DNA of 64,000 nucleotides, taken from assembly GCF_006345805.1 (NCBI RefSeq), contig NC_043004.1:2356001-2420000 (forward strand), written 5' to 3'. Positions 1-12,775 of this stretch are shown piece after piece (the stretch's first letter is position 1; every line of letters starts with the position of its first letter). The notes under the pieces were generated by a model. That model had not been told where the DNA came from, made no database searches, and saw only the letters and a list, made by a program, of their open reading frames with translations. The DNA comes from Octopus sinensis (lineage: Eukaryota). The position numbers and the translations under genes were made by a program.

Positions 1-59
1 ATCAGGTGGGGCACATTTGAGTGTTTCTATACAAAAGTTGCACACACCCACACTCACCT

Positions 60-60
<1 letters not shown>

Positions 61-106
<46 letters not shown>
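61..106. repeat. (CT)n microsatellite
   Basis: Pure CT dinucleotide run. Confidence 0.95.
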
Positions 107-107
<1 letters not shown>

Positions 108-360
108 GTGCTTCCCTATAGCACAGGGACATTGTCTACCACACACTTACTTTCTCCCACACTCGCCTTTCTACTATTTACACATTATTAGCTGCCATTC
201 ACAATTATTTCATAAAAATCTATAGCACACCTGTGCGAAGGCTGAACCAACAAGTGAAGAAGAAATATAAAACAATACGCGGTTTCTCTTAGATCGCTAT
301 TCAGAATACAATTATATAAATTGCACACAAACACAAACACATCCAATAGCGTGTATACGT

Positions 361-368
361 GTGTGTGG

Positions 369-409
<41 letters not shown>

Positions 410-518
410 TGTGTGTATATATATATATATGTTTGTATACGTATATATATGTATGTATGTATGAATGTATATATATGTGTGTGTGTGTGTATGTGTGTGT
501 GTGTGTATATATATATAT

Positions 519-616
<98 letters not shown>
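361..616. repeat. Compound (GT)n/(TA)n/(GATA)n microsatellite
   Basis: Directly visible. It produces the low-complexity tail of ORF 312..1115. Confidence 0.95.
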
Positions 617-617
<1 letters not shown>

Positions 618-618
618 T

Positions 619-729
619 CCTTTTACGCTTTTACTTGTTTCAGACATTTGATTGTGGCCATGCTGGAGCACAGCCTTTAGCCGAGCAAATCGCCCCCAGG
701 ACTTATTCTTTGTAAACCCAGCAGTTGCT
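619..729 (-). mobile_element. SINE family A, 3' tail fragment
   Basis: Reverse complement of ttacaaagaataagtcctgggg...ctccagcatggcc...tgaaacaagtaaaag, shared with the full copies at 46048 and 63613. Confidence 0.85.
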
Positions 730-1075
730 TCGAGTTCCACTATTTGTTTCACATTCCCTTGGGACCATAGTTGGGAGCAGTAGACCAAGCAGAAGAGAAC
801 GAAAGTCCTCCATAGGAGTAGCAGAGCTTCCCTTTTCCTGGTTCTGAAAGTCCTCAGAATCCAGCCAGCCACTCGCCTGCACAGTGTGGCCAACTTAGAA
901 AAGTACACATGGAATGTTGCATCATTGCTCATGTGAAGCCCCAGGTCACGCACCGACTCTGACTCAGGGATCGTATTGCCTTCTGGTCCAGTGTATTCTG
1001 ATTTTAGCCTGTTGTTGGACCGATGGTAGAGTGTCTGACATGTCATAGCATTGAACTGCATGTTATTTTTGTTAC
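730..1075 (-). mobile_element. CR1-group (CR1/L2/Daphne-like) LINE ORF2 fragment, post-RT region
   Basis: Translation VRDLGLHMSNDATF...GWILRTFRTR...YCSQLWS...IVELEA matches the CR1-group VRDLG/ILRTF/YCSQLWSP pattern. It is interrupted by a SINE tail. Confidence 0.8.
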
Positions 1076-1203
1076 ACCATAGTAAAATAAAATTGAAGGA
1101 TGTACCAGCCTCCATATTCTTTATTGTTATAATTATTGCTTATATGTACATACATACATCGCACATGTGTACATGCATGCAAGCCTACGTACGCGCATGT
1201 ATG

Positions 1204-1239
<36 letters not shown>

Positions 1240-1595
1240 ATATATATATAAATAAAACATATGCATATATACATATATACATACATATGCATATATACAT
1301 AACACAATGAGCTCATTGTGTTCGACATTTTTTTGGTGTCCTGTACCCATATATGTATGTATATATACAAGTAGAGGTAGGTACGTACATATATATATAT
1401 GTATATGTGCATATGTTTTATTTATTTATTTATATATGACTGAACGCACGCATCCATCTCTAAGTAAGATTGTTCTTGATATATATATACATATATATAT
1501 ATATATTTATATATTTATATATATATATGAATTTTTTGCTTAATGAGATAAAAAAAACAGGGCTGTATAGATATTAGAGCATTTATAGATAGAAG

Positions 1596-1650
1596 GTCTT
1601 ACAGCTGTTTCTAGAATATTAATTAAAAATTATATCCCTTCATCGGAGAC
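1596..1650 (-). ncRNA. Minimal type I hammerhead ribozyme motif (U4C core variant)
   Basis: Minus strand gtct CCGATGA agggatat..atattcta GAAA cagctg TA agac: 4-bp helix I, AT-rich helix II, palindromic helix III ACAGCTGT. Confidence 0.65.
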
Positions 1651-2164
1651 AGTGTGAGAGGAAAAACTACGTCATAGTTAGTTTCGATGTGATATATATA
1701 TATATACATATAGTAATGGCTTAAATGATAATATTAATAAACAGACTAATTCATATTCTCACGCACAAGTGTTATGGTATATATGGCATATCGATATTGT
1801 GTTCCCTACACATCAAACCGTGCAGTGAATACACACAAAATCACATACAATCTACACACAGGCGACCAATAACTATTTCATGATTTTTGTCTTCACTCTA
1901 AAACACTTAAATTTTTCCCTCATATGTGAATGAAGATAATAAATATGATGAAAATATATATGAAAACTGATAGTAATAAAATTCCCTCTTAATGAATTTA
2001 TATAATTTAATAACTGTTTTCTTTTAATAAAATACATGAGTAACTTGCACATCTCTCTTCCGTTTTGTCTGCGTATATTCACATACACACACACACACAC
2101 ACATATATATGTATGTATATCAGTGTGCGTATACGTATGTAAAAGCATATCCACGTGTATATAT

Positions 2165-2231
<67 letters not shown>

Positions 2232-2290
2232 TACATACATACACACATACACACATACATACATACAACATACATCCATATATATTTTTT

Positions 2291-2684
2291 ACAGGAGGGG
2301 CTGTGTGGTGAGTAGCTTGCTTACCAACCACATAGTTCCGGGTTCAGTCCCACTGCGTGGCCCCTTGGGCAAGTATCTTCTACTATATCCTCGGGCCCAC
2401 CAAAGCCTTGTGAGTGAAATTGGTAAACGGACTCTGAAAGAACCCCGTTGCATATATGTATATGTGTGTATATATTTGTGTGTTTGTGTTTGTCTCCTCA
2501 ACATCACTTGCCAACCGATGGTGGTGTGTTTACGTCCCTGTAACTTAGCAGTTCGATAAAATACACCGATAGAATAAGTATTAGGCTTAGAAAGAATATT
2601 CCTGGGATCGATTTGCTTACTAAAGGCGGTGCTCCAGCGTGGCCGCAGTCAAATGACTTAAACATGTAAAAGAATAAAAGAATT
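2291..2684 (+). mobile_element. SINE family A, near full length (tRNA-like head, internal microsatellite)
   Basis: Head gctgtgtggtgagtagc...ggttcagtcccactgcg with A/B-box-like motifs, and tail ...aaacatgtaaaagaataaaag. Confidence 0.85.
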
Positions 2685-2769
2685 AATAGAATATATATAT
2701 ATATATATATTAAAAAAAAAAAATATATATATACATTCATAGATCCATTTATATATATATATATATATA

Positions 2770-2803
<34 letters not shown>

Positions 2804-3389
2804 ATATATGTGTGTGTATATATATCCAAAGACGAAATATATATATATATATACATACATACATACATACATACATACATACATACATACATACATACAT
2901 ACTTATGTATGTATGGGTGGATGGATGTATAAACTATCAGAAATTAGAAATCATGGAAGATATTAAGCGTATAATTTTTAACAGTGAAACGCGAAGCAGA
3001 TAAAGCTATAGATAAGAGTGGAAAATATTGGGTTACAAAACGCTTTCAATGGATAATGAATCGAAGACTCTCTATGGTACTCGAACCTAGATGACAAAAG
3101 TTCTAACCATTAATATGAAAAGTAAACTGCAAGAAACTGAACAACGTACAATTCTGAAAGAAATAAAGACAATTTAAAGGTTAACTTTTTTGTAATATTT
3201 AGATCATCTGACGTACACATGGGAACTACGGGGTTCAAGTATGACGAACAGCCTTCTGTTTATTTCCACTCAAGAGGTTGTTTTAACCCGATATTCTGCT
3301 CAATACTCCTTGTCCGCCAACCTTCTGTATTAATGTCAAATTGTTGCACAAGAGCAGCATGTTCCGGTGAGACTGTAAGTCAATTACAT

Positions 3390-3542
3390 CGACCACCGGA
3401 GTTCAATTGCTATTTATTTTATCGACTCCGAAAAGATAAAAGATAAAGTAAACCGCGACAGAATTCGAACTCAGAGCGCTAAGATTGATAAAATGCCGCT
3501 AGGCATTTTTGCTCGGTCTTTTTAACGATTCTACCAGCGGCG
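3390..3542 (-). mobile_element. SINE family B, degenerate fragment
   Basis: Reverse complement resembles gaatcgttag...aaatgcctagcgg...ctgagttcgaattc of the copies at 27377 and 58755. Confidence 0.55.
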
Positions 3543-3955
3543 ATCTGGCAGAATCGTTAGCATACCAGACAAAATGGTAACTTGGGCCCTTTGTTTCTTA
3601 CAGGAAGGGACTAGCTTGCAGCGCCTCTCATCATCTTTGAAAGGAAACATCTGGCATGCCAATATTTCAGCCAGCAAAGCTTGCCATCGTCAAGGTGTAA
3701 GGATTGGGCATTCTTGTCTAGAGTGACAAAATCGGGAATCTTAGTACCATGATGATACTTACATTGGGTTTTTCATGACGGATCAAAGCACATCATCTCT
3801 TGAGAGCAGGACAAAAGAGGAGATTTTTGAGACACATCCTAGTCACCTCTACAATTATTGGTCAAAGGAAATTTGGTGATTTGTACCACTGCTATAGTGC
3901 TGTACAACAGGCTACACAAATGCCATATTTTGGAAATTTCTACATCCTGTTGGAG

Positions 3956-4270
3956 GATGAGGACCACTTAGTCACATTGACGCTAGCGACAGAGAAGACT
4001 GCCTGAAACTGAGGTCAGCCAAAGCTAAAAGGAGACACGGATTCCTGGTGCAGCTTTGAATCACAGCTCAGTTTGTAACTGCTATCGGTTTCGAAGCCCT
4101 TCAGGTTCTTATGATGGGGACCACTTAGTCACATTGACGCTAGCGACAGAGAAGACTGCCCGAAACTGAGGTCAGCCAAAGCTAAAAGGAGACAGGGATT
4201 CCTGGTGCAGCTTTGAATCACAGCTCAGTTTGTGACTGCTATCGGTTTCGAAGCCCTTCAGGTTCTTATG
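3956..4270. repeat. Direct tandem duplication, 157 bp unit x2
   Basis: ggaccacttagtcacattgacgc... starts at 3961 and again at 4118, with only a few substitutions. Confidence 0.95.
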
Positions 4271-4750
4271 TATATTCGTAGTGGGTTTAACGTTTGCTGT
4301 GTTTTTATAATATGTACATCTGTACATGGCCATCAATAGATCAATACACTTGATCAGACTTTCAGTTTCTTTTGCTGAGCTGCATGGTGCGGAGTCTCAT
4401 TAGTTGTGTGTATATCTTTAACGAATAAAGGTGCATACGTTCTTTCATTTTCAACTCTATATTTTCGTTTTGTAAACATGCCTAGAAAGTGTTCAGAATA
4501 CGGTAATATTATATAAGTAAATATACATTTTGAAATCAAGGACCAAAGAAATTTCCAACATTTTATTACAATTCGCCCGAATACCCGGAGAGAGTCAATT
4601 GGAAATATTTCATAACACAGCGTATTGCTGGCGAAGTTACTGCATACTTCAACGTAAATGAAAGAAAAAAAATCCTTATATTAAAAGGAATATCGATATT
4701 GAGAAGAGATCAGAAATAGTATCTAGTTGCCATCATTAGTAACACCTACT

Positions 4751-4964
4751 CTTTTACCCTCTTTTACACCTTTACTTGTTTCAGTCACTTGACTGCGGCC
4801 ATGCTGGAGCACCACCGTTAGTCGAGCAAATCGCCCCCAGGACTTATTCTTTGGAAGCCTAGTACTTATTCTATCGAGTTATTTTGCCGAACCGCTAAGT
4901 TACAGGGACGTAAACACACCAGCATCGGTTGTCAAGCAATGTTGGGATGACAAACATAGATACA

Positions 4965-4999
<35 letters not shown>

Positions 5000-5182
5000 G
5001 CATATATATATATATATATACAGGCGACGGGCTTCTTTCAGTTTCCGTCTACCAAATCCACTCACAAGACCTTGGTCGGCCCAAGGCTATAGTAGAAGAC
5101 ACTTGCCCAAGGTGCCACGCAGTGGGACTGAACCCGAAACCATGTGTTTCGTAAGCAAGCTACTTACCACGCCGCCACACCT
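4751..5182 (-). mobile_element. SINE family A, near full length
   Basis: Reverse complement of the head, body and tail seen at 46048-46427. Confidence 0.9.
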
Positions 5183-5841
5183 AGATACTCCTAGATATTT
5201 TTCATACACCCAAACCTGCAGTCTTTTCTAACGCTAAATTTTTGATTTAGCTGCCAATTGATGACCGCAAGTTTAGTCTGGGTGTATTTATTTACGCGAC
5301 AGTAATTAGTTTTGACCAGTAACAAAATCCATCTTGGCTCACTGCGTATTCAATCAGATGGTGCATATATAGCCACTGAGAATCATCTTACCTGTCGAAG
5401 AAACAACGCCAAATATTTCTTGTAAGAGAGCAAGTTTATACTAAAAGGTGGATGGAAGAACTCTGAGTAGCATCGTCCTGGATCATGAAAGCTTAATTAA
5501 AAACCACCACCACCACACACACACACACATACACACACATACACACACACACACAAAGGTATACACACGTATACACACAGATATGCATATATAAGTTTAC
5601 ACACACGTAGAAACAGGCATATTTAAAACAGAACATAGTCATTTTGAGAGATGTGTTACAGACGCAATATAGATGTGTGTGTGTATGAGTGTGAGTGTGT
5701 GCATGTGTGTGTGTGTCGGGGTGTGTGTGTGTAAGTGTGTTTTTGTGTGTGCGCGTGTGTGTGTAATATATACACAAACGCGTGAAGTGTAACAGAATCC
5801 TTTTTACAAAGCGTGATACATATCTCCAAATAACAACACTT

Positions 5842-5872
<31 letters not shown>

Positions 5873-6610
5873 ATGTATATATACATACGTATACATACAT
5901 ACACTCACATAATATATATGTGTGTGTATATATATATTCATATATACATATATCTATATATATATACATATATATACACACATGTGTGTGCGTGCGTGCG
6001 CGTATGTGTGTGTGCGTGTGTGTATGCGTGCGCATATAGACTGAGCAAAAGGCCCAAAACCTGATCGGAGTTCTAATTCATGGCGTGGGGCGATTATATC
6101 CGTCTTCCTGTAATTGATACAGTCATATTTATTGGATGACAGATGTCGTTCTTATTAACGTTATCTCCTCTAACAAGCGGATCTCCAAGTATTAGCAGAT
6201 GGATATTATTGTCGAACACTCACATCGAATCTAAGCACAACTGTCTTAACTTTCCACATTCGTTCCTCCCCCTCTCTCTCTTTCTTATTCCTGTATGACG
6301 CTATCGTATGTAAGCGTTATAAAACTTTCATATATGTTTTTTTTATATATATTTTTCCATATTTTATTGCTTTCGTTGATAGATTTTTCGCGATTTTTTT
6401 CCCCGTCTGTGAATGTTTATTCCAACTGTGGCTTCAATAACTGTAAATGTTGTAAACATAACTGTGGGATATTAATGTATTGGCAAAAAAAAAAAAAATA
6501 AAGATCTATATAGCTATTTACAAAGAAATACGCATACAACAGTCAAACATAGACACACACAGACACACACACACACACACACACAGATATATGCATACAT
6601 CTTTTATCAT

Positions 6611-6974
6611 TTCTTTACTCGTTTCACTCATTCGTCTACAGCCATGCTGGAGCATCGCCTTGAAGTATTTAAGTCGAATATATCGAAACCAGTTATCATA
6701 TTATTTAAGCCTGATACTTATTCTATCGGTTATTTGCCGAACCGCTAGGTTACAGGCGTTTGTAGGTGACAAACACATACGCACAGACACATACATAGAT
6801 ACATATGTACGACGGCCTTCTTTGTTTTCGTCTGTTGAATTCACTCACGCCAGGATTTGGTTAGGCCTGAGGCTAGACCAGAAGTCACTTGAGCAGTGTG
6901 CCAAGCAGTTAGACTGAACTCAGATCTATGTGGTTGGTACGCAAAATTGTTATCACACAGCCACGCCTGCGCCT
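6611..6974 (-). mobile_element. SINE family A, diverged copy
   Basis: Same layout. The head aggcgcaggcgtggctgtgtg lies at the right end on the minus strand. Confidence 0.75.
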
Positions 6975-7225
6975 ATACGCACAGCCACGACTATATATTC
7001 TCTTATTTATTTACTTGCTTCAATCATTTCGATTGGAGGTTGCGTTAACCTCATGAAGGGATGGTTTCATCAAAGGAAATACTGGTTCAATACCTAGTAT
7101 TTTGGGGGAATTAATTTCCTTATGATAATAGGTATACATATAAAACATAGTTTATTTTCATATATAAGAAGAAAAGGAAAATGAAGATTGGGAGATTAAT
7201 AATTGTTTATTATTAACAACAAACA

Positions 7226-7309
7226 AACTTACAGCTGTTTCAATTAATGCTCAGTAAATATTAAGTAAATATTAAATTTATATGACCTGAGCATAAGATC
7301 TTCAGAGGG
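7226..7309 (-). ncRNA. Type I hammerhead ribozyme motif, helix I eroded
   Basis: Minus strand ct CTGAAGA tcttatgctcag...ctgagcattaatt GAAA cagctg TA ag: intact core, long helix II, palindromic helix III, but only 2 canonical bp in helix I. Confidence 0.6.
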
Positions 7310-7402
7310 GAAAAAATATAACTTTGGATGTTTTATAGATGTCTTTATGGATTCATTATAGCAGACTGAATGATACGGTTTATAATGAATCCGTAAGCAT
7401 TT

Positions 7403-7729
7403 TTAAAGACTCCGCCGGTTACGACGACGAGGGTCCCAGCTGATACGATCAACGGAACAGCTTGCTCGTGAAATTAACGTGCAAATGGCTGAGCATTCCA
7501 CAGACACGTGTACCCTTAACGTAGTTCTCGGGGATAATCAGCGTGACACAGAGAGTGACAAGGCTGACCCTTTGAAATACAAGTACAACTCATTTTTGCC
7601 AGCTGAGTGGACTGGAGCAACGTGAAATAAAGTGTCTTGCTCAAGGACACAACGCGTCGCCGGGAATCGAACTCACAACCTTACGATCATGAGCCGAATG
7701 CCCTAACCACTAAGCCACGCGCCCTCACT
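7403..7729 (-). mobile_element. tRNA-derived SINE family C, tail type 1
   Basis: Head gcgcgtggcttagtggttagggcattcggctcatgatcg...gagttcgattcc (A and B boxes). TSD aatcc(g/a)taagcat at 7388-7400 and 7730-7742. Confidence 0.9.
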
Positions 7730-8417
7730 AATCCATAAGCATATAACACATCCAGACCTCGGCGGGATTTGAACTCGCATGAACGACACTTTATTATGGT
7801 AGTGATCGTTGAATGTCTGGAGGGGAGACTGATGTCGGACGTTTAAACGAATGCAGTAGGAACGATTGTAAGTTACACGAGACTGATGCCGAAGAAAGGG
7901 AACCACGAAACATAACATTAAGATGCTTAACCTGTCTCAGCTACATCTTACTTGGTTTTTCTTACTGCTTGAGAAAACTTTTCAATCATATTTGTACATG
8001 TATACACATGCAAACACACACATACATACATGTGTAATCACAAACACATACATGCATGCATCCATATACGCGCACACGCATGTGATTGTATTGTATAAAT
8101 GCATAGCTATATGCGTATGTGTATGGATGTATATTTGTATTTACATTTACATAACCATACGTAACCATACATATATATGTATATATATACATCAACAGAG
8201 AGATCCAGTGTAATCCATAGGAAGGAGAGGTGCTACGGAAGTGTAGAAAGTCCAGTAGAAGTTGGTGAGTGATGAGAGAAGACAGGTAGAATCCGTAGAT
8301 GTTCGGGTATGATGAGAGGAGACAGGATCGACCGGACCCTGCTGTCCGGCCTACGCCATGATAGATCGCTAGCCACTACACTTTCTTTATTTTCTCCCCT
8401 TGTTTCTTTCTGTGTTC

Positions 8418-8453
8418 CTTTCTGTGGAAGAGCGTAGGCTCGAAACGTTAAAG
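8418..8453 (+). ncRNA. Ultra-minimal hammerhead-like motif (core variant CTGTGGA)
   Basis: cttt CTGTGGA a GAGC gtag GCTC GAAA cg TT aaag: 4-bp helix I, 4-bp helix II, ACGT palindrome as helix III. Confidence 0.5.
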
Positions 8454-8542
8454 ACATTTTCACTACCCGAGCGTTATACTAATACATCTGTTTGTTGTCA
8501 ACACCACCTGTCTTCATCTTTTGTTTTTCTTTTGTGAATTCT

Positions 8543-8588
<46 letters not shown>

Positions 8589-10025
8589 TTATATATATAT
8601 ATGTGAGTATGTATGTATATCTATATGTATGTGTGAGTATATGTGTGTGTGTGTGCCCACACATATACAGAGGTATATATATGTTTATATGTGTGTATAG
8701 TTGGATGTGACTCATTTAATGATTCTTTTTTATTCTTTCAAAGAGACGGCAGATCGATGATATTAACCATCCTGTCGGCCTTTGCGAGAACCACCACGGC
8801 TTTGCAGCTGCAGGGATTGTCGGCCGTTTTTTTTTCCATCTTGTTCATTAAACCACATAAACATACTTAATACATGTGAAATTCTCACAGAGGTCAGTGC
8901 GTGTCTTACTGTTTGCATTGTTCCGCTAAGTGTCTCTCCTACGACAACTAAGTTCCTTGTACTACGTCACCTTAAAGTACATTCGTATTAGTTTTATTTA
9001 TGCTTCTACAAATATGAATAATTCTATGAAATGGAGGTTAATGTGTGTAAATGAATGAATGGGCGAGATGTGTAAACATGTTTGCGGGTGTGTATATATG
9101 CGTAAATTCTTACTGTTGCTATTCGTATATAATTTTCAGTGAATAACCATTGTATGACTGTAATTAAAAATAAATGCTCAAAATTATACGGAATGATTAG
9201 TAATTAAACAGCGCTGGAACAATGCTGTATTGGTTAATTTCTGTTTAATTTGTATAAGCGTCAAGTACAACGTTGTATTAAAATTCAAATGTCAATAAAT
9301 GAGTGTAATGTATTCATAAAATTGGGGTCCAGTGGCGCCGGAGAGCAAGAACTAATTTGTACAGTGAATTGAAGACAGAATTCGGTTCCGATTGCACACT
9401 GAAAATCTTTCGTTGGAATAAGCATAAACATTCCAATATCCCGCCCCTTTCTGAAAACAAACCAAAATAATCGCAACATACATTTAATAACAGGTCACTG
9501 ATAGCAGTAATTTACGTTTGGTTGAGAAGAAGTAGAATAAATCGCTCAAACCGTCAGTCATTATTCAAAAACCGAAATAAAATTTCGAAACATCATGCAA
9601 ATGATCTGTTGCCTACTCCGGTACTGGAGAGGTGGTTCGATCTCACAAATTAGCCAAATCTACCACAAAATTAAAAATTTATCAGCGTGGTGGAAAATTG
9701 AACTCAACTTCACCGAGAACGGAATATTCGACATGATCTTTCATGTTCTTTGTAGTTTTCCGTTTTTCTAGCATTTTCTTCTTATCTCCTGAGATTCTTC
9801 TTCTAGGATCATGCTTGCTTGATAGCGCCATTCAACACATGTAGGGTTCTTCACCGCTTGCTACCGGCGAAGAGCCTATTCGACGAAATCAAAGCGAAGG
9901 CTCCTCATATGTGTGTGTGAGTGCGCCTGTGTGTGCGTGTGTGTGTGTGTGTGTGAGTGTGTGTGTGATTGCGCGTGTGTGTGTGAGTGTGTCTGTGTGT
10001 GTGCGTATGCATGTATATATATATA

Positions 10026-10435
10026 CCGCCAACTTTGCCCAAACGACCTGAACATTAGTTTCAAGGTTCGTCGAAGGCTGGGACCACGGGCCATACGTCT
10101 CCTGCCCATTTCAGGATTACATCATATAGGTACACTGCAACATAATTTCTTTTCCTCAACAGGCCCTGCCCTGTTTAATATTGTCTCGAAAGAGATCAAA
10201 GAGGAAAAGGATCCCATCACCTTTAAACAGAGTCTGGATAGATTTCTTCAAAGAATACCGGATAAGCCACCCCTACCTGGATACAACTCAGTTAACAAGA
10301 ACTCACTACTTGAATGAGCCATAAACAAAACTTGACTTAAACAGGATTTAGATAAACCTATCAGGTGGTGCTATTAAGTTAGACATGGCCTGGACCAATC
10401 TTTGGTCGAAACATATCTAAGTTATCTAAGTTATA
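10026..10435 (+). mobile_element. CR1-group LINE 3' end (ORF2 C-terminus and 3' UTR)
   Basis: FSSTGPALFNIVSKEIKEEKDPITFKQSLDRFLQRIPDKPPLPGY...NSLLE* (stop at 10315-10317), then a short atctaagtt repeat tail. Confidence 0.8.
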
Positions 10436-10575
10436 TATATATAAACATATATGTCAAGAGGCATACAACAAAGGGAAACTGAGAAAATATGTTTTATTAA
10501 TAAAGCATATTACTCTACCTCCGGTATTCGAGTACAATTTTTTCCACCTTCTTTCACATTCATGTGCTTGCTCTG

Positions 10576-10639
<64 letters not shown>

Positions 10640-10782
10640 TGTGTTTGTGTGTGTGCGCGCGTGTTTGATTTTATACTTGACATAACTCCCATCACTATCG
10701 CACACAGATAGGAACAGACAAATATGAAACTCATAGATTCAACTTCTCTGCTTTTTTAAAGTTCCTATTATTATTTTCACTC

Positions 10783-10856
10783 TGCACTGATGAGTACTAT
10801 GATAATTTTCAAATTCAAATATGAATTTATATCTATGTACGAAACGATTGTATGCA
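10783..10856 (+). ncRNA. Type I hammerhead ribozyme motif with intact core
   Basis: tgca CTGATGA gtac...(aaattc/gaattt inner hairpin)...gtac GAAA cgattg TA tgca. Predicted cleavage after 10852. Helix III ACGATTGT is one change from the palindrome ACGATCGT. Confidence 0.75.
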
Positions 10857-11074
10857 TGAATACATTTCTTACAACTTTTTAACATCTTATTTCCTCCATC
10901 TTTCATAAACATGATTAGATTTGTAGAACTACATTCCAGAAATTAATCATACACTTAATATATATATTATATATATATATATAATATATATATATATATA
11001 TCAATCATACTTTGAGGGAATATTATTCCTAACTTACAGGGAAATACTAAATCAAATTTCACAAAATATAATAT

Positions 11075-11297
11075 ATATATAAAAATTAGAAAAAAAACAC
11101 CTTTTATCAAGTCAAAATGAACAATTAAATTACACCATCTAGAAAATTACATATAATAGAATATAAAAATAAAATAACAATAATATACCGATGATTAAAT
11201 AAATTGCAAAATAATAATAAAACGTATATATGTAATTTTCTAGAAGGTGTAATTCAATTGTTCATTTTGAATTGATAAAAGGTGTTTTTTTCTAATT

Positions 11298-11305
<8 letters not shown>
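11075..11305. repeat. Foldback / MITE-like element with ~75 bp inverted arms
   Basis: aaattagaaaaaaaacaccttttatcaa...ctagaaaattacatata pairs with tatatgtaattttctagaaggtgtaatt...ttttctaattt. Confidence 0.8.
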
Positions 11306-11328
<23 letters not shown>

Positions 11329-11351
11329 TATATATACATATATAGAAAGAT

Positions 11352-11429
<78 letters not shown>

Positions 11430-12775
11430 TTATAGAAATATATATATGTATGTATATTCGAATATATGGATATGTATTATGCACTAATTGATAAATATAA
11501 TATAGTATAGTACAGTATAACTTTTAAGAAGCTAAAATGGCCAACTGCTACTAGCCCCCTCCTCTCTATTATCTATCTACTCTATGAAACACATGCACAA
11601 CAAGAATAAATCTTAATGAATGTTACTGATATCAAGTGACAAGGATGTTTCTGAGAGAGTAATTTTGTTTTAACTATAATTATGAATGAGAAGTAATTGT
11701 TTAAAACTAATATACGACTGATTTTCTTTCTTCAGACTTATACAAATTTAAAAGAATGAAAATATGGACTCAATAAGCGATTTACTGAAGCATGGATGAA
11801 TAGAAACTTTCTAAGCTAGCCTTTTTTTTCCTCTTCACTGCGCATTTTAATGTCGCATTTCTGCTCTACTTATAGCTAAAAGAGGAATTAATGTTTTAAA
11901 TGACCTGATTAAGTTGTCAACTTCCACAATATTTTCCTCATAGCAACTGTTGATTCTAAACCACTGGGTTTTATATTGTTCATATTTCTTAATTAATATT
12001 CTGCTCGTTTATCTACTCCCTGCATTGGCCTCTTGAACAATTAAGAATAGCTTTCTCAAACAAAATACAATCCACAAAATATTTTTGTATCGATTTTTGC
12101 ATCATATTCCTACTCTCAGGTAGCCATGTTGTTGTTGTTGTTGTTGTTAAATTTTGAGTTTGCTGAAATTAAATTTTGATTTAATTGTAACTGCTTGAAT
12201 CCTGATAGAAATTTACCCACTATGTTACATATTTTAAGCTATTGAATCACTGCCTAGGCTTTCCAAGACTTACAATACCTTTAATGACAGCAGACTAATA
12301 GAGTTCTCCTATCAGTTGCTTGGAGAAAGATGTACTGAATCCAGTTGGTTATATTTCGATACGCTAAAACAAAGAGAAGTTTGGGGAAAGACAAACGTCT
12401 CATTTAGTTTTCTTTTTCATCAATTATTGTTGGATGAGTCGATGACAATTAAATAGAAGTGTGTACTAAGGTCACATTGCATTCTTCGCACATCTTGAAG
12501 TAGATACCAATAATAAACAACGTTCCCTACAATCCAGTAAACACACTATGTTTAAATGCGTGAACATTAATTCTAGTTAGATGATAGATGATCGCCGTTG
12601 AACAACGATACCCAGTTAGTATGCTACGGTGCAATGACGTGCCGCAAGGTATAGCTAGGTCCACCCGAAAAGTAATTAAATAGTGTTTAAAAGATTGAAA
12701 TGAACAGACAGAAAATCCTTCTGTAAAATCTTGCTGTGAGTCATTTCTTGATTAAAAAAGTAATTTGGTAAAGTA

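Noticed and set aside
7680-7729. tRNA gene (Met-like CAT loop)
   Set aside because: It is a SINE head. The acceptor stem does not close, it continues into the SINE body, and the whole is bounded by a TSD.
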